From NCBI GenBank assembly GCA_016700375.1, contig CP065016.1, positions 1 to 32,000 on the forward strand: DNA of 32,000 nucleotides, given 5' to 3'. Position 1 is the stretch's first letter. Each line of letters opens with the position of its first letter. The position numbers were made by a program, and so were the translations under genes. The DNA is from Candidatus Saccharimonadota bacterium. Lineage in GTDB: Bacteria > Patescibacteriota > Saccharimonadia > Saccharimonadales > UBA4665. Below, in pieces: positions 15,432 to 25,083 of the stretch. Under the pieces are notes generated by a model that had not been told where the DNA came from, did not search any database, and saw only the letters and a program-made list of their open reading frames with translations.

Positions 15432-16511
15432 ATGAAACATCTTTTTCACCCGCAGTCTGTTTTTCGTATATTTGGATTTTCTATATTTGCTACGCTGGCA
15501 ACACTCATTGGCGTAACCATCGGCCTTGGCTGGAGTGCGTTGTTTGTCACCATCATCCTTATGATAGTTGAGCTTACCTTCAGCTTCGACAACGCTATCA
15601 TCAATGCCAAGGTACTTGAGCGTATGAGTAATTTCTGGCAGCTCATCTTCCTAACCGTCGGTATATTTATTGCCATATTTGGTATGCGCGTAGTGTTCCC
15701 TATACTCATTGTGTCCATTACCGCAGACCTTGGCTGGAAGACAGTGCTTGACCTAGCCCTCAATAACCCCAAAGAGTATGCACATCATCTTGAAGAGGCG
15801 CACCCAACTATATCGGCCTTTGGTGGAGCGTTCCTGCTTATGCTTGCGTTTCATTTCTTCTTTAGTGATGAGCGGCACACCATGTGGATTAAGCATATCG
15901 AAAAGCACCTTAAAAAACTGTCTCACTGGGCGTGGCCGTCTGTAGTTACAACCATAATGCTATTTTCAGTTGCCTCGCTACCCATTAACTCTCATGCCAA
16001 GACGACATTTATGGCTGGTGGGTTCGGTACGCTCACATACCTGCTTATACATGGTGCTATTCGCTGGATAGAAAAATATCAGGGCGTTGATGCCAAAAAA
16101 TCGGCCACAAAACAGGTTGGTCTTGCAGCGTTTATGAGCTTTATATATCTTGAGATTCTCGACGCGAGCTTTAGCTTTGATGGCGTTATTGGAGCATTTG
16201 CCATTACAAGCAATGTGGTGCTTATTGCGGCCGGACTTGGCATAGGCGCTATATGGGTACGTTCTATGACGGTGTTTATGGTACGACGCGGCACGCTTAA
16301 GAACTTTATTTATCTTGAGCACGGCGCACACTATACGGTGTTTGTACTGGCGCTTATTATGCTTTTTAGCGCGCTGTTTCATATACCGGAACTCATACCG
16401 GGGCTGGCCGGCATAGGCATTATAGGTGCTTCCATAGCTGCTTCTATACGGGTACGCAAAAAACTAGAAACGGGTGAGGCGGTCAACAAACCGGCACGAG
16501 TTCGCGGATAG
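15432..16511 (+). CDS. DUF475 integral membrane protein (TerC-like superfamily)
   Basis: Duplicated FSFDNAI / SFSFDGVIGAF motifs in a polytopic protein. ATG 15432 lies 9 nt after TGCTATACT. Confidence 0.7.
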   Translation: MKHLFHPQSVFRIFGFSIFATLATLIGVTIGLGWSALFVTIILMIVELTFSFDNAIINAKVLERMSNFWQLIFLTVGIFIAIFGMRVVFPILIVSITADLGWKTVLDLALNNPKEYAHHLEEAHPTISAFGGAFLLMLAFHFFFSDERHTMWIKHIEKHLKKLSHWAWPSVVTTIMLFSVASLPINSHAKTTFMAGGFGTLTYLLIHGAIRWIEKYQGVDAKKSATKQVGLAAFMSFIYLEILDASFSFDGVIGAFAITSNVVLIAAGLGIGAIWVRSMTVFMVRRGTLKNFIYLEHGAHYTVFVLALIMLFSALFHIPELIPGLAGIGIIGASIAASIRVRKKLETGEAVNKPARVRG

Positions 16512-16516
16512 CTCCC

Positions 16517-17749
16517 ATGAGTGTGAAGCGTCCATTCTACTTCGAAGTTAGGCAGCGTCTTCATGGCACTTTGGCTCGGAGCGGCATTATCCATACGCCG
16601 CATGGAGACATAAAGACCCCAGCGTTTGTAGTTGTTGGTACCAAGGCCAGTGTAAAGTCCATGACGCCAGAACAGGTGCGCGGTACTGGCGCCCAAGCAA
16701 TGCTAGCAAACGCCTATCATTTGTACCTACAACCCGGCCCGGAGCTGATTGAGCAAGCCGGCGGGCTGGCAAAGTTTACGCACTGGGACGGTCCCACATT
16801 CACCGATAGCGGCGGGTTTCAAGTACTATCACTTGGTAGTGGTTTCAAAAAAACCCTTAGCATGGAAGTTGAGGGTGTTTCGGCCGATGACGTAATTGCG
16901 CCGCGTAAAGAACGACAGGCGTGGGTAGATGATGACGGCGTGAACTTTAAGTCATACCTCGACGGTTCTATGCACCGTTTTACACCCGAACATTCTATGC
17001 AAATACAGCACGGCATAGGGGCGGATATGTGCTTTGCGTTTGACGAACTAACGTCACTAATGGACACGCGTGAGTATCAGGAAGAATCTATGCGCACACG
17101 TACCCAACCATGGGCAGCACGGAGCTTGAAAGAAATGCAGCGCCTTCGAAAGTTACACCCAGACCGTCCATATCAGGCAGTATTTGGTGTGTTGCAGGGG
17201 GCAAACTACGAAGATTTACGGCGTGAAACGGCGCAGTGGATGGCCGAGCGCGAGTTTGACGGCTATGGCATAGGTGGCGCAATTGAAAAACAGCGTCTGG
17301 GTGATATTGTGCAGTGGTGCAACGAAATTTTGCCCGAAGACCGGCCAAAACACATGCTCGGCATAAGCGAACCAGACGATATGTTTGCGGCGGTGGAGCA
17401 CGGCATAGACACGTTTGACTGCGTGTCGCCCACGCGCGTTGGACGTAACGGCGCGTTTTATACCCAAGAGGGTCGCAAGAACATTCGCGGCGCCAAATAT
17501 CAGCGCGATTTCACCCCGTTGCTAGAGGGCTGCCTCTGTTACCCCTGCCAGAATTTCACCCGGGCGTATGTGCAGCATCTGTTTCGAGCCAAAGAACTAC
17601 TGGCAAATACACTCATGTCTATACACAACGAATATTTTATTGTTGGGTTAGTCGACCAGATGCGTGCCAGCATAGAGGGCGGCACGTTTTACGAGTTTCG
17701 TGACGCTTGGCTCGCCCGGTACTACCACCCACACCCTCCGTCATCCTGA
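16517..17749 (+). CDS. tgt: tRNA-guanine transglycosylase (queuine tRNA-ribosyltransferase)
   Basis: TPHGDIKTPAFVVVGT, DSGGFQV, GYGIGG, and the zinc site CLCYPC...H. Confidence 0.9.
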   Translation: MSVKRPFYFEVRQRLHGTLARSGIIHTPHGDIKTPAFVVVGTKASVKSMTPEQVRGTGAQAMLANAYHLYLQPGPELIEQAGGLAKFTHWDGPTFTDSGGFQVLSLGSGFKKTLSMEVEGVSADDVIAPRKERQAWVDDDGVNFKSYLDGSMHRFTPEHSMQIQHGIGADMCFAFDELTSLMDTREYQEESMRTRTQPWAARSLKEMQRLRKLHPDRPYQAVFGVLQGANYEDLRRETAQWMAEREFDGYGIGGAIEKQRLGDIVQWCNEILPEDRPKHMLGISEPDDMFAAVEHGIDTFDCVSPTRVGRNGAFYTQEGRKNIRGAKYQRDFTPLLEGCLCYPCQNFTRAYVQHLFRAKELLANTLMSIHNEYFIVGLVDQMRASIEGGTFYEFRDAWLARYYHPHPPSS

Positions 17750-18116
17750 ACTCGTTTCAGGATCCATGCACTTTCAATACCCTCTGTGTCCACTATGTCT
17801 TATACTTATAGCCTCGCTAAACCTTAACTCATGCATGGCAGTTCTCGGCCTGCCAGCCGACTTCCTCTTTTGCCGTAAAAGAGGAAGCGAGAAACCTCGG
17901 CCAAAGCTCCCGTTCTTGGTCAGCTGTTGCTCGTTTTGACAACTGACGCAACAACTCGTCAGTGTACTATTGCCACCGGCAATAGTACACTTCCTCAAAC
18001 AAGTCGCGCCACCTGTCGGAAGTTGTCAAACACGACAACACCTGAGCCAGGACCTTCCGCATGGCCAGTACAATTTATGTCGCTCACGCGACGACTTTAT
18101 AGAGGCCTGCGGCCGC
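17743..18116 (-). ncRNA. Candidate large structured RNA, copy B (unclassified; strand tentative)
   Basis: It fills the gap between convergent tgt and yhhQ. Hairpins at 17743-17763, 17837-17854, 17861-17887, 17923-17955, 17962-17990, 18022-18039, 18079-18092 and 18104-18114 are collinear with those of copy A. Confidence 0.45.
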
Positions 18117-18184
18117 TTTTGTTGGGTGTTGATTATTGATAGTTTGTTGATAACTCGGTTGTTGAACGTTGGTTGTTGCGAACG

Positions 18185-18871
18185 CTAATCGTCGAGGCTA
18201 ACGCTGAGGGGGGTGAAGTTAGTCTTTTTGTCGTAGTGGTCTTCGTGTTCACGGCTTTTTAGCCAGGCTATTACACGGTAGGTTACGGGGAGCATTAGCG
18301 TTTCTACGGTTACCTTGAACACAATTCCCACCAGAATGTAGTTGACCATCTGGCTGCTGGTAATAAGTCCGTAAAATGCCACCATACAGAAAATGGTTGT
18401 GTCTATAGCTTCACCCAGTAGCGTCGATGCCACAAGGCGTTGCCAGAGTTTTTTGCCACCACTACGAACTTTCATTTTTGCTAAAACGAATGAATTTACA
18501 AATTCGCCCACCAGGTACGCGACCAGACTGGCGGCCACTATACGGGGCACAAACCCAAAGACCGTGTTGAACTCGGCTACATTTGGCGCGCCTGCAACGG
18601 AGGGTAGGGCTTGTACGGCCGTTAAGACGGCTATCATAAGGACTAGCCAGAAAAAACTAACCCATATTGCGCGGCGGGTGTGTTTGTAGCCGTACACTTC
18701 GGTCATAACATCACCCAATATGTAGGCGAGTGGGAATAGTAGTGCGCCACCGTCGGCAATAATTGGTCCTACGGCAATCAGCTTCATAGCGCCGAGGTTG
18801 GAAATAATGAGTGTTGCCACGCTCGCGGCGACTGCGAGGTCGTAGTACCGGTAATTTTTCGTTTTGGGCAT
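18185..18871 (-). CDS. yhhQ: Queuosine-precursor transporter (YhhQ/DUF165, VUT family)
   Basis: YRYYDL...ISNL..K, PLAYILGDVMTEVYGY, and a polytopic profile. GAAGGAG lies upstream. Confidence 0.8.
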   Translation of the reverse strand: MPKTKNYRYYDLAVAASVATLIISNLGAMKLIAVGPIIADGGALLFPLAYILGDVMTEVYGYKHTRRAIWVSFFWLVLMIAVLTAVQALPSVAGAPNVAEFNTVFGFVPRIVAASLVAYLVGEFVNSFVLAKMKVRSGGKKLWQRLVASTLLGEAIDTTIFCMVAFYGLITSSQMVNYILVGIVFKVTVETLMLPVTYRVIAWLKSREHEDHYDKKTNFTPLSVSLDD

Positions 18872-19056
18872 GCAGCAAAAACTCCTTCTAGTGGATTATT
18901 GTTCTATACTGAGTGCCACATCCCCGCTCGGCCGGTTAATTAGCCCCACGAGCTTTCGTATTTAGGGGAAGTATAGTTGTAAATAACCCATAAATAAAGT
19001 CTTCACAAATATATTAAACATTGTATAATAATCTAGAATAATCACAAGGAGATAAT

Positions 19057-19542
19057 ATGCCTTATTCTGTAGAAGCACATCTTAGCCAACTTGAGGAGTT
19101 TACTGCTCGGACACTCTCCAGCAGGGGCGGAATGGATTTGGGGGATTGGAACTTGGCTTGGGATGATTATAACGCTCTTGATTTAGAAGCGACAGTACCA
19201 GCAGACGATGATGGCCAAGCTCAGTCAATTCATAATTTGGCGGAAAGTGTTATAGCAAGCTTGAATCCCGTAGATGCAGATGCGCCCGGTGATGATATCG
19301 GGGTAAGATTTGATAGGGCAACGGGTGGCTTTATGCGTGCCTATGCATTATCAAAAGGCGTGCGTCTGACAGACGGTACGCTCGCACTTGCAAATGGATT
19401 TATCGACGTCGTGGTACCTAAGGCAGTCGCTGAAATAAAAGGAGGCGATGCGCGGCATTTTGTTGTTGAAAGATGGGCTGGTAGACTTGCCGTTGTACGC
19501 AACGCAATTATCATGACAGACGCTGTGGACTATTGGGAGTAA
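19057..19542 (+). CDS. Hypothetical acidic protein (161 aa), orphan
   Basis: Strong SD (AAGGAG) and a TATAAT at 19024-19029. AT-rich upstream region. No recognisable motif. Confidence 0.55.
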   Translation: MPYSVEAHLSQLEEFTARTLSSRGGMDLGDWNLAWDDYNALDLEATVPADDDGQAQSIHNLAESVIASLNPVDADAPGDDIGVRFDRATGGFMRAYALSKGVRLTDGTLALANGFIDVVVPKAVAEIKGGDARHFVVERWAGRLAVVRNAIIMTDAVDYWE

Positions 19543-19545
19543 TTC

Positions 19546-21222
19546 CTAGGTAATTGCGGCTTTGCCGAGGGTGATGATGTGTTTTTTACGGTAGGTGTCG
19601 AAGGCAGTTTTGTCGTTGCCGTGCTGGCGGATGAAGGCACTCATTTTCTCGCTACCTATGTAGTGAGGTAGCATGACGTACGAAGCGCCATGTTCGTATA
19701 ACTCTGCCGCCCGGTCATAGCTGGTGGCATGGCAAATGAATATGCCGTTTTCGTTTTTGCTGAGGTAGTATTTTAGGAGCTCGCGGTTGGTAGTGTGTCC
19801 TGGTAGTATGCTCACTACCATCTCTGCTTTGGCAAGACCAATTTCTTCTAGTAGTTCGTAATCGGTTGCGTCGCCGTACACATGGTGAATGTGCTGCCGT
19901 TCGAGTGTTTCTATAACATCGGGGTTGTAGTCCACCACAATGTACTTTTTCTTCATATCACGAAAGGTGTTCACGAACTCGTGCCCGCCTTTGCGGTAGC
20001 CGAAAAGGAATAGCTTATAGTCGGGTGCTTTGCCGTGGTCGGCGTAGGCGTTTGGCCGTTCAAATGGCGTGAGCCATTTTGCAAAAATGCGGTAAAGTTG
20101 GTCGTTATACTTCATAAGATAGCTCGAGGCGGCAATGGTTATAAGCGCCGTAAGAGTGAGGGCATTGAGCATGCGAGCGCTTGCCATTTGTTCGCTCACA
20201 GCCAGCGTAAGGACAATGATGGAAAATTCGCTCACTTGCGAAAGGTGCGCCGCAGTCTTAAACCCGGTTTGTTTGGTGAACCCAAGCAGCCCCATACCGG
20301 TAGACACGCTAAAGGGCTTTACAAACAGTGCTATGGCCGAAAGCAGCAGCGCGGGCACAAACGCATCAGACATACCGCCGGGCGTCATGGTGCTGCCCAG
20401 GCTTATGAAAAAGAGCACCAAAAAGAAGTCTCGTAGCGGCTTTAGCCGGGTACTAATCTCTTGTGCATACGGCAGTGAAGCCAGAGACACGCCCGCAAAC
20501 AAAGCACCGACTTCCAGTGAGAAACCACTTACATCAAACACCGCGGCAACACTAAATGCCCAGGCCAACGCAAAGGTAAAAAGGAACTCTTGGTTTGCTG
20601 CAAAAAACTTTGCCAGTTTATCCATGACAAACCAGCCTATGAATGTGAGTGTGCCACCGAGGAGCAAGCCTTTGCCCACGAGCCCGTAGAGCTGGTCGGT
20701 GCCACCGCCGTCTTTTGCGGTTGCCAGAAACACGAGTGCAATGGTGGCGGCTAAGTCTTCGACGAGCAGTATACCTATGGCAACTTGTCCATACAAACGG
20801 TGCTGTTCCCGTTTGTCTACCAGATTTTTTACGACCACAATGGTGCTACTAAACAGCATGGCAACGGCCAACACCACCGACTCAGACCGTGGCAAATCGA
20901 GCAGATTACCGACGCCGTAAGTGAGGCCGCCAACCAGCAGTGTGTTTAGTAGAAAAACCAAAAACACAGGCTTGCCGGTATTTTTTATGACCCCAACGTT
21001 CAGGCCCAGACCGACAATGAAAAGCAGCAGGGCAATACCAATTTGACTAAACGAATCAAATGCCTCGCGGTTTTGAATGAGGTCGAGTGCGGCTGGCCCG
21101 CAAACAATGCCCGAGAGTATGTAGCCAATAATAAGGGGCTGCCGTAGCAAGCGCATCACAATCGAAACGCCAGCTGCCACGGCGAGCACGGCTGCAAGTT
21201 GCAAAAATATCGATGATTCCAT
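19546..21222 (-). CDS. Kef-type cation:proton antiporter (CPA2) with a C-terminal RCK/TrkA-N domain
   Basis: About 12 TM segments, then a Rossmann-like KLFLFGYRKGGHEF...VVDYNP...GDATD. Start placed at ATG 21222 (MESSIFLQLAAV). The longer ORF to 21441 is an unsupported extension. Confidence 0.8.
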   Translation of the reverse strand: MESSIFLQLAAVLAVAAGVSIVMRLLRQPLIIGYILSGIVCGPAALDLIQNREAFDSFSQIGIALLLFIVGLGLNVGVIKNTGKPVFLVFLLNTLLVGGLTYGVGNLLDLPRSESVVLAVAMLFSSTIVVVKNLVDKREQHRLYGQVAIGILLVEDLAATIALVFLATAKDGGGTDQLYGLVGKGLLLGGTLTFIGWFVMDKLAKFFAANQEFLFTFALAWAFSVAAVFDVSGFSLEVGALFAGVSLASLPYAQEISTRLKPLRDFFLVLFFISLGSTMTPGGMSDAFVPALLLSAIALFVKPFSVSTGMGLLGFTKQTGFKTAAHLSQVSEFSIIVLTLAVSEQMASARMLNALTLTALITIAASSYLMKYNDQLYRIFAKWLTPFERPNAYADHGKAPDYKLFLFGYRKGGHEFVNTFRDMKKKYIVVDYNPDVIETLERQHIHHVYGDATDYELLEEIGLAKAEMVVSILPGHTTNRELLKYYLSKNENGIFICHATSYDRAAELYEHGASYVMLPHYIGSEKMSAFIRQHGNDKTAFDTYRKKHIITLGKAAIT

Positions 21223-21285
21223 TATGTATATTGTGTCATGACGCTGATGCATCGCGCAACTGAGATTGTTCGGTATACTACGTGT

Positions 21286-22317
21286 ATGACGCAGGCAAGA
21301 ATTTTTATACGGAACAGCGATTCCCGCGGCCTCTTTGAATTGTTTCTGGTTTCGGCTGTCAGCAGTATACTCCTGCTCCGATTTTATTTGCACGTCATGG
21401 GATATCCTTCCGTTGGGGGCACAAAGTATCATGTGGCGCATATGTTGTGGGGTGGCGTACTTATGCTAATTGCTTTTGTACTCAACTTTGCGTTTCTAGG
21501 TAAGGCGGTCCAGCGTGTTGTAGCGGTTGTGGGCGGTGTTGGGTTTGGTGTATTCATAGATGAAATAGGCAAACTCATTACGCGCGACAACAACTACTTT
21601 TTCCGCCCTGCTGTCGGCATAATATACGCAATTTTTGTTGCGCTTTACCTTGCTATCTCCTTCTTAACACGTGAGCAAAAACTAACCAGTGAAGAATACC
21701 AGCTAAATGCCCTGCGGCAGCTCGAAGAAGCGGTGCATCAGGATATGGATATTCACGAGCGAGCTAACACGAGGCAGTTGCTCCTGCGCGCAAACCAACA
21801 GTCGGTGCTGACGAAAAAACTATTACAGCTTTTGAAAAGCCTGCCTGTTACGGACCGCCGAAAACGGGGATTATACCAGCGAATGCGCCGTCGTTTTGCG
21901 TTCGGTTACACAAAACTTTGGCAGCAGCGCACTTCTTCTGGACTAATTCGATGGTTTTTTGTGCTAGAGACCCTTGTGTTTGTGGCTGCCGTGGTCGGTG
22001 CGATTTATGCAAATGTCAGCGATGTTCAGGAATTTTTTGCAGGGAAGGCAAGTTACGGGCACAGCCTTGTAGTTGGCCAAGCTGCCACAACGGCAGTCTC
22101 CGCTGTATGTGTGGTTTTTGGGCTGGCTTGGCTGAATGGCTCAAGGCTTCACGCCTTTGAGTGGTTTCGTCGTGCTACGCTCATAAACCTTTTGCTTACG
22201 CAGTTTTTTGAATTTAGCAGGGTTGAGTTCGCCGCTTTACCTGGTTTTTTGTTTAGTCTTGCGCTTCTTGGGGTCATAAACGCCGTTATTGCCGAAGAAA
22301 TTCGCCGCCAAGATTGA
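21286..22317 (+). CDS. Hypothetical membrane protein (343 aa)
   Basis: TM clusters at the N- and C-termini flank a charged, helical middle. ATG 21286 lies 6 nt after TATACT (21274-21279). Confidence 0.55.
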   Translation: MTQARIFIRNSDSRGLFELFLVSAVSSILLLRFYLHVMGYPSVGGTKYHVAHMLWGGVLMLIAFVLNFAFLGKAVQRVVAVVGGVGFGVFIDEIGKLITRDNNYFFRPAVGIIYAIFVALYLAISFLTREQKLTSEEYQLNALRQLEEAVHQDMDIHERANTRQLLLRANQQSVLTKKLLQLLKSLPVTDRRKRGLYQRMRRRFAFGYTKLWQQRTSSGLIRWFFVLETLVFVAAVVGAIYANVSDVQEFFAGKASYGHSLVVGQAATTAVSAVCVVFGLAWLNGSRLHAFEWFRRATLINLLLTQFFEFSRVEFAALPGFLFSLALLGVINAVIAEEIRRQD

Positions 22318-22329
22318 TATTAGATGGGT

Positions 22330-23124
22330 CTATTTCTTTAGGATTTTTGCGACGAGCTTGCCGTAGCGGGTGGTGAGGTCATGGGTGTTCAGGAAGGTGT
22401 GGAGACGGACGTTTTTGTTGCGAGCTAGTAGCTCTACATTGCTGCTTACTACCACTTGGTCTAGGCTGCCATAACAGACATCTATGGGTAAGCTGAGCCG
22501 TCTGACGTCATTTATGATGGTTTGTTTTTCGACACATTCCTTCAGAGTGCGCATAAACGGTACCCATGTTTCTGGTTGTTTTATAACACCGCGCGGCAAT
22601 GGCGCGAGGTACATGAGCTTACGAAACGATTCGGGGTTTATGCGCGGGTCGTCGCGCAGGAATTTGTATATATTGAGAAGCAAGCCAGTTAGTTTTCGAG
22701 CAGCTTTGCTTTTTATGTGTGATAAGGGTGGGTACACAGGTGGGCTTAGTAGGATTAGCCGGCTAATATTCGCTTCGTGTTCGGTGGCGTAGCGAGCGGC
22801 CAGTAGCGAACCAAGTGAATGGCCGATTAGTAGAAATGAGCTTCCCAGGTGAAGTTTGTTCATGGTACGGTAGAGGGCGCGCATGTGGTCGTCCATGGTG
22901 TAGCCCAGCCATTGTGGCTTGGGAGATTCTCCAAAACCGAGTAAGTCTATGGTAATACAGTGGTAGTGTGGCTCGAGGTAAGGCAGGACTTTGCGCCAAT
23001 CGTCGCCACTGGCAGCGATGCCGTGTAACAACACAATAACCGGCTTGGATGCATCGCCGCTGCGAGCAACATGCAGGCGGTAGGGGCGGCCAAAAATGCC
23101 ATGCCAGAGGTAATCAAACATCAC
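22330..23124 (-). CDS. Alpha/beta-fold hydrolase
   Basis: VLLHGIAASGDDW and the nucleophile elbow GHSLGS. Confidence 0.8.
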   Translation of the reverse strand: MMFDYLWHGIFGRPYRLHVARSGDASKPVIVLLHGIAASGDDWRKVLPYLEPHYHCITIDLLGFGESPKPQWLGYTMDDHMRALYRTMNKLHLGSSFLLIGHSLGSLLAARYATEHEANISRLILLSPPVYPPLSHIKSKAARKLTGLLLNIYKFLRDDPRINPESFRKLMYLAPLPRGVIKQPETWVPFMRTLKECVEKQTIINDVRRLSLPIDVCYGSLDQVVVSSNVELLARNKNVRLHTFLNTHDLTTRYGKLVAKILKK

Positions 23125-23244
23125 TCAAGCATATCGTGGAATACAAACGATGTAAAATCTGCTTTTCTATGCTGTCAGTAACTTTCATCACATACTTTTG
23201 CGTTCCGCTAGGTTACAGTTATGCATGGAAATTGATTTTCCGCG

Positions 23245-23271
23245 AAAAAGGCCGAAAGTACCGGCCTTTTT
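23245..23271. terminator. Bidirectional intrinsic terminator
   Basis: AAAAAGGCCG-AAAGTAC-CGGCCTTTTT. It lies 25 nt downstream of the Fur-family gene stop. Confidence 0.7.
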
Positions 23272-23295
23272 AAATACGAAACAGACGGAATCTGA

Positions 23296-23709
23296 TTACG
23301 CTTGGCAGCTCTCGCAGGTGCCGGTGAGTTCTATTTGGTGGGTGGTAAGGGTGAAATTGCGGCGTTTCGCCAGTGCTTGCAGGCGCTTCTCGAGTGCGGG
23401 GTCTTCGGGGAGTGCAATGCTGGCACCGCATGAGCTGCAGGTGGCGTGGTGGTGGTGTTCGTGAAAGGCTTCGCCGAGTTCCAGACGGTATTTCCACCCA
23501 TTTGGTATACGTATGATGATGCCTAGCCTTTCAAACAACTCAGTCGTGCGGTATACGCTAGCGCGGTCAACGCCCGTGCAGGCTGCTACTAGCTCGGCCA
23601 TGGTCAGACTTTTGTGGTGCTGCAACCCCTTGAACACCGCCTGACGTGGCTTCGTCAGACTGACACCGGCCTGCTTTAGCGATTTTTCAAATATTGCCTG
23701 ACTACTCAT
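23296..23709 (-). CDS. Fur-family metalloregulator (Zur-like by context)
   Basis: Winged-helix N-terminus, then HEHHHHATCSSCG and CESC metal-site motifs. Confidence 0.85.
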   Translation of the reverse strand: MSSQAIFEKSLKQAGVSLTKPRQAVFKGLQHHKSLTMAELVAACTGVDRASVYRTTELFERLGIIIRIPNGWKYRLELGEAFHEHHHHATCSSCGASIALPEDPALEKRLQALAKRRNFTLTTHQIELTGTCESCQA

Positions 23710-23737
23710 GTTGCAATGGTATCATAAATTGCGACAT
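23708..23737. promoter_or_regulatory. Candidate Fur-family operator: ATGTTGCAAT-N10-ATTGCGACAT
   Basis: 9/10 inverted repeat overlapping the regulator's start codon. The adjacent 12-bp palindrome TTTTTGCAAAAA (23737-23748) repeats the TTGCAA half-site. Confidence 0.35.
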
Positions 23738-23776
23738 TTTTGCAAAAAATTATGTGTTTATGATGTACTAATTTGT

Positions 23777-24538
23777 ATGAAGCAGGTATCACCAAACCAA
23801 CTCACTGATGCATTTAGCGCCTTTAGCGATGCGGCATCGCCGTACGGTGGCCTCGTGCAAGCAGAGGTACCTCGTCCGTCATTTCAGGAGTTAGTGCTAT
23901 GGGCGATTCGTGAAAGGGTGGCAATAGAGCCTGATGGCTATATAAAAATAAGACCCCGCGCCAAATTGCCAGGATTTGCCGGCCTAAGGGCGATAGTACT
24001 TATCCCCAGGCGTAATCAACAGCCTAATAGAGTAGCGGGCATAGTTCTCGAGGATGAAGAAAGAATAGGCGTCCTTGGGGGCCATGAGGTGTTCTCGCCG
24101 TTAGTGCAATCGCAACTCGATACCCTCTACCTAAACAATCGGCGCTCTGTGCTTGAACACCCAGGCGGTCAGCCGCGAGCAGGCTATGGGGGCCATGCTG
24201 TAGTGGGGGCATCTGCCCTGGCATTGCGCGGGAACCCACATCAGGCACTACATGACTTCACACCCAAAACATTTGGAGCCGAGCTTACCCGGCAGGGGTT
24301 GCAGGATATTCATGTAGGTCGCAACCAAGTCATCCCGCTAAGACAAGGAGCATTTACTCTCAGTCAGGTAGGGCTAGAAGTAGCTGGCCATTACCAGCCT
24401 CACACCTCCGACATGCTTGGCAGTGGTCTAACCGGTGAGGCTGCCAATGTCGCCTGGACGGCCGCCGCTGCCATATCAAACCCTGAGACCCATGGCAGAC
24501 TGAACTTTGCACGTAATTTAGCAGCAATGACGATGTAA
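23777..24538 (+). CDS. Hypothetical protein (253 aa)
   Basis: Intact ORF divergent from the Fur-family gene. Start placed at ATG 23777. No recognisable motif. Confidence 0.5.
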   Translation: MKQVSPNQLTDAFSAFSDAASPYGGLVQAEVPRPSFQELVLWAIRERVAIEPDGYIKIRPRAKLPGFAGLRAIVLIPRRNQQPNRVAGIVLEDEERIGVLGGHEVFSPLVQSQLDTLYLNNRRSVLEHPGGQPRAGYGGHAVVGASALALRGNPHQALHDFTPKTFGAELTRQGLQDIHVGRNQVIPLRQGAFTLSQVGLEVAGHYQPHTSDMLGSGLTGEAANVAWTAAAAISNPETHGRLNFARNLAAMTM

Positions 24539-24541
24539 GCT

Positions 24542-25003
24542 ATGCAAACTGAGCTGTATCAACCAGACACTTTTTCTGACACGTTGCCGGACGCACCGAT
24601 TGCAGAGCAGGTCAATGATTGGGACGCATTCTTTGCGGGTGCAGTTGCATTGTCGGAAGGAGAGGTCGTGGCACAACTGGGTGCAACGTTTGACGACTTG
24701 GCCGCGCGTGTTGCAGAAGGACCTTCCGATGAAGAAGCAGTTGCCGCCGTACGCTCATTGCTGGTAGAGGTTAAAGCCCGTGGCTACGTTGAGCAGGCGA
24801 TGCAGATGGCGATGACGCTCGGGGCTATGGCCTGTACTCACAACCACATGCAGGGGCTGGCGAACGAAGTTGGCAGTATGTTTGACGACGCATTTTCATC
24901 GCATGGGAAAGATGATGGGCACAATCACGACCGCGAAAATGATTCACATGACGCAAAAACCTGCGCCGACTGCAAAGCGGGCCGGGCGTGTCGCAAGAAG
25001 TAG
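24542..25003 (+). CDS. Hypothetical acidic protein with a His/Cys-rich C-terminus (153 aa)
   Basis: CTHNH and a C-terminal HGKDDGHNHDRENDSHDAKTCADCKAGRAC. It starts 3 nt after the upstream stop. Confidence 0.55.
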   Translation: MQTELYQPDTFSDTLPDAPIAEQVNDWDAFFAGAVALSEGEVVAQLGATFDDLAARVAEGPSDEEAVAAVRSLLVEVKARGYVEQAMQMAMTLGAMACTHNHMQGLANEVGSMFDDAFSSHGKDDGHNHDRENDSHDAKTCADCKAGRACRKK

Positions 25004-25083
25004 CTGTTTTGCGACAGATTTGCAGAGAGCGGACGGAAACGATTAAATGATACAAAGTAAATATACAGGGAGTAAGAGCAAGT

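Noticed and set aside
18872-19056. Possible preQ1 riboswitch upstream of yhhQ
   Set aside because: CCCC..GGGG and GGAU..AUCC stems exist. However, loop sizes, the A-rich tail and the spacing to the SD do not fit preQ1-I, and I could not fit classes II or III from memory. This needs an Infernal scan to settle.
21223-21441. Long N-terminal extensions in the ORF track (Kef 21441, permease 2819, MIPS 28640, maf 3818, uppP 30455, 23708, 21238, 10764)
   Set aside because: The extensions cross divergent promoters or hairpin repeats and lack family similarity. Internal ATGs with an SD or a TATACT box match the conserved N-termini.
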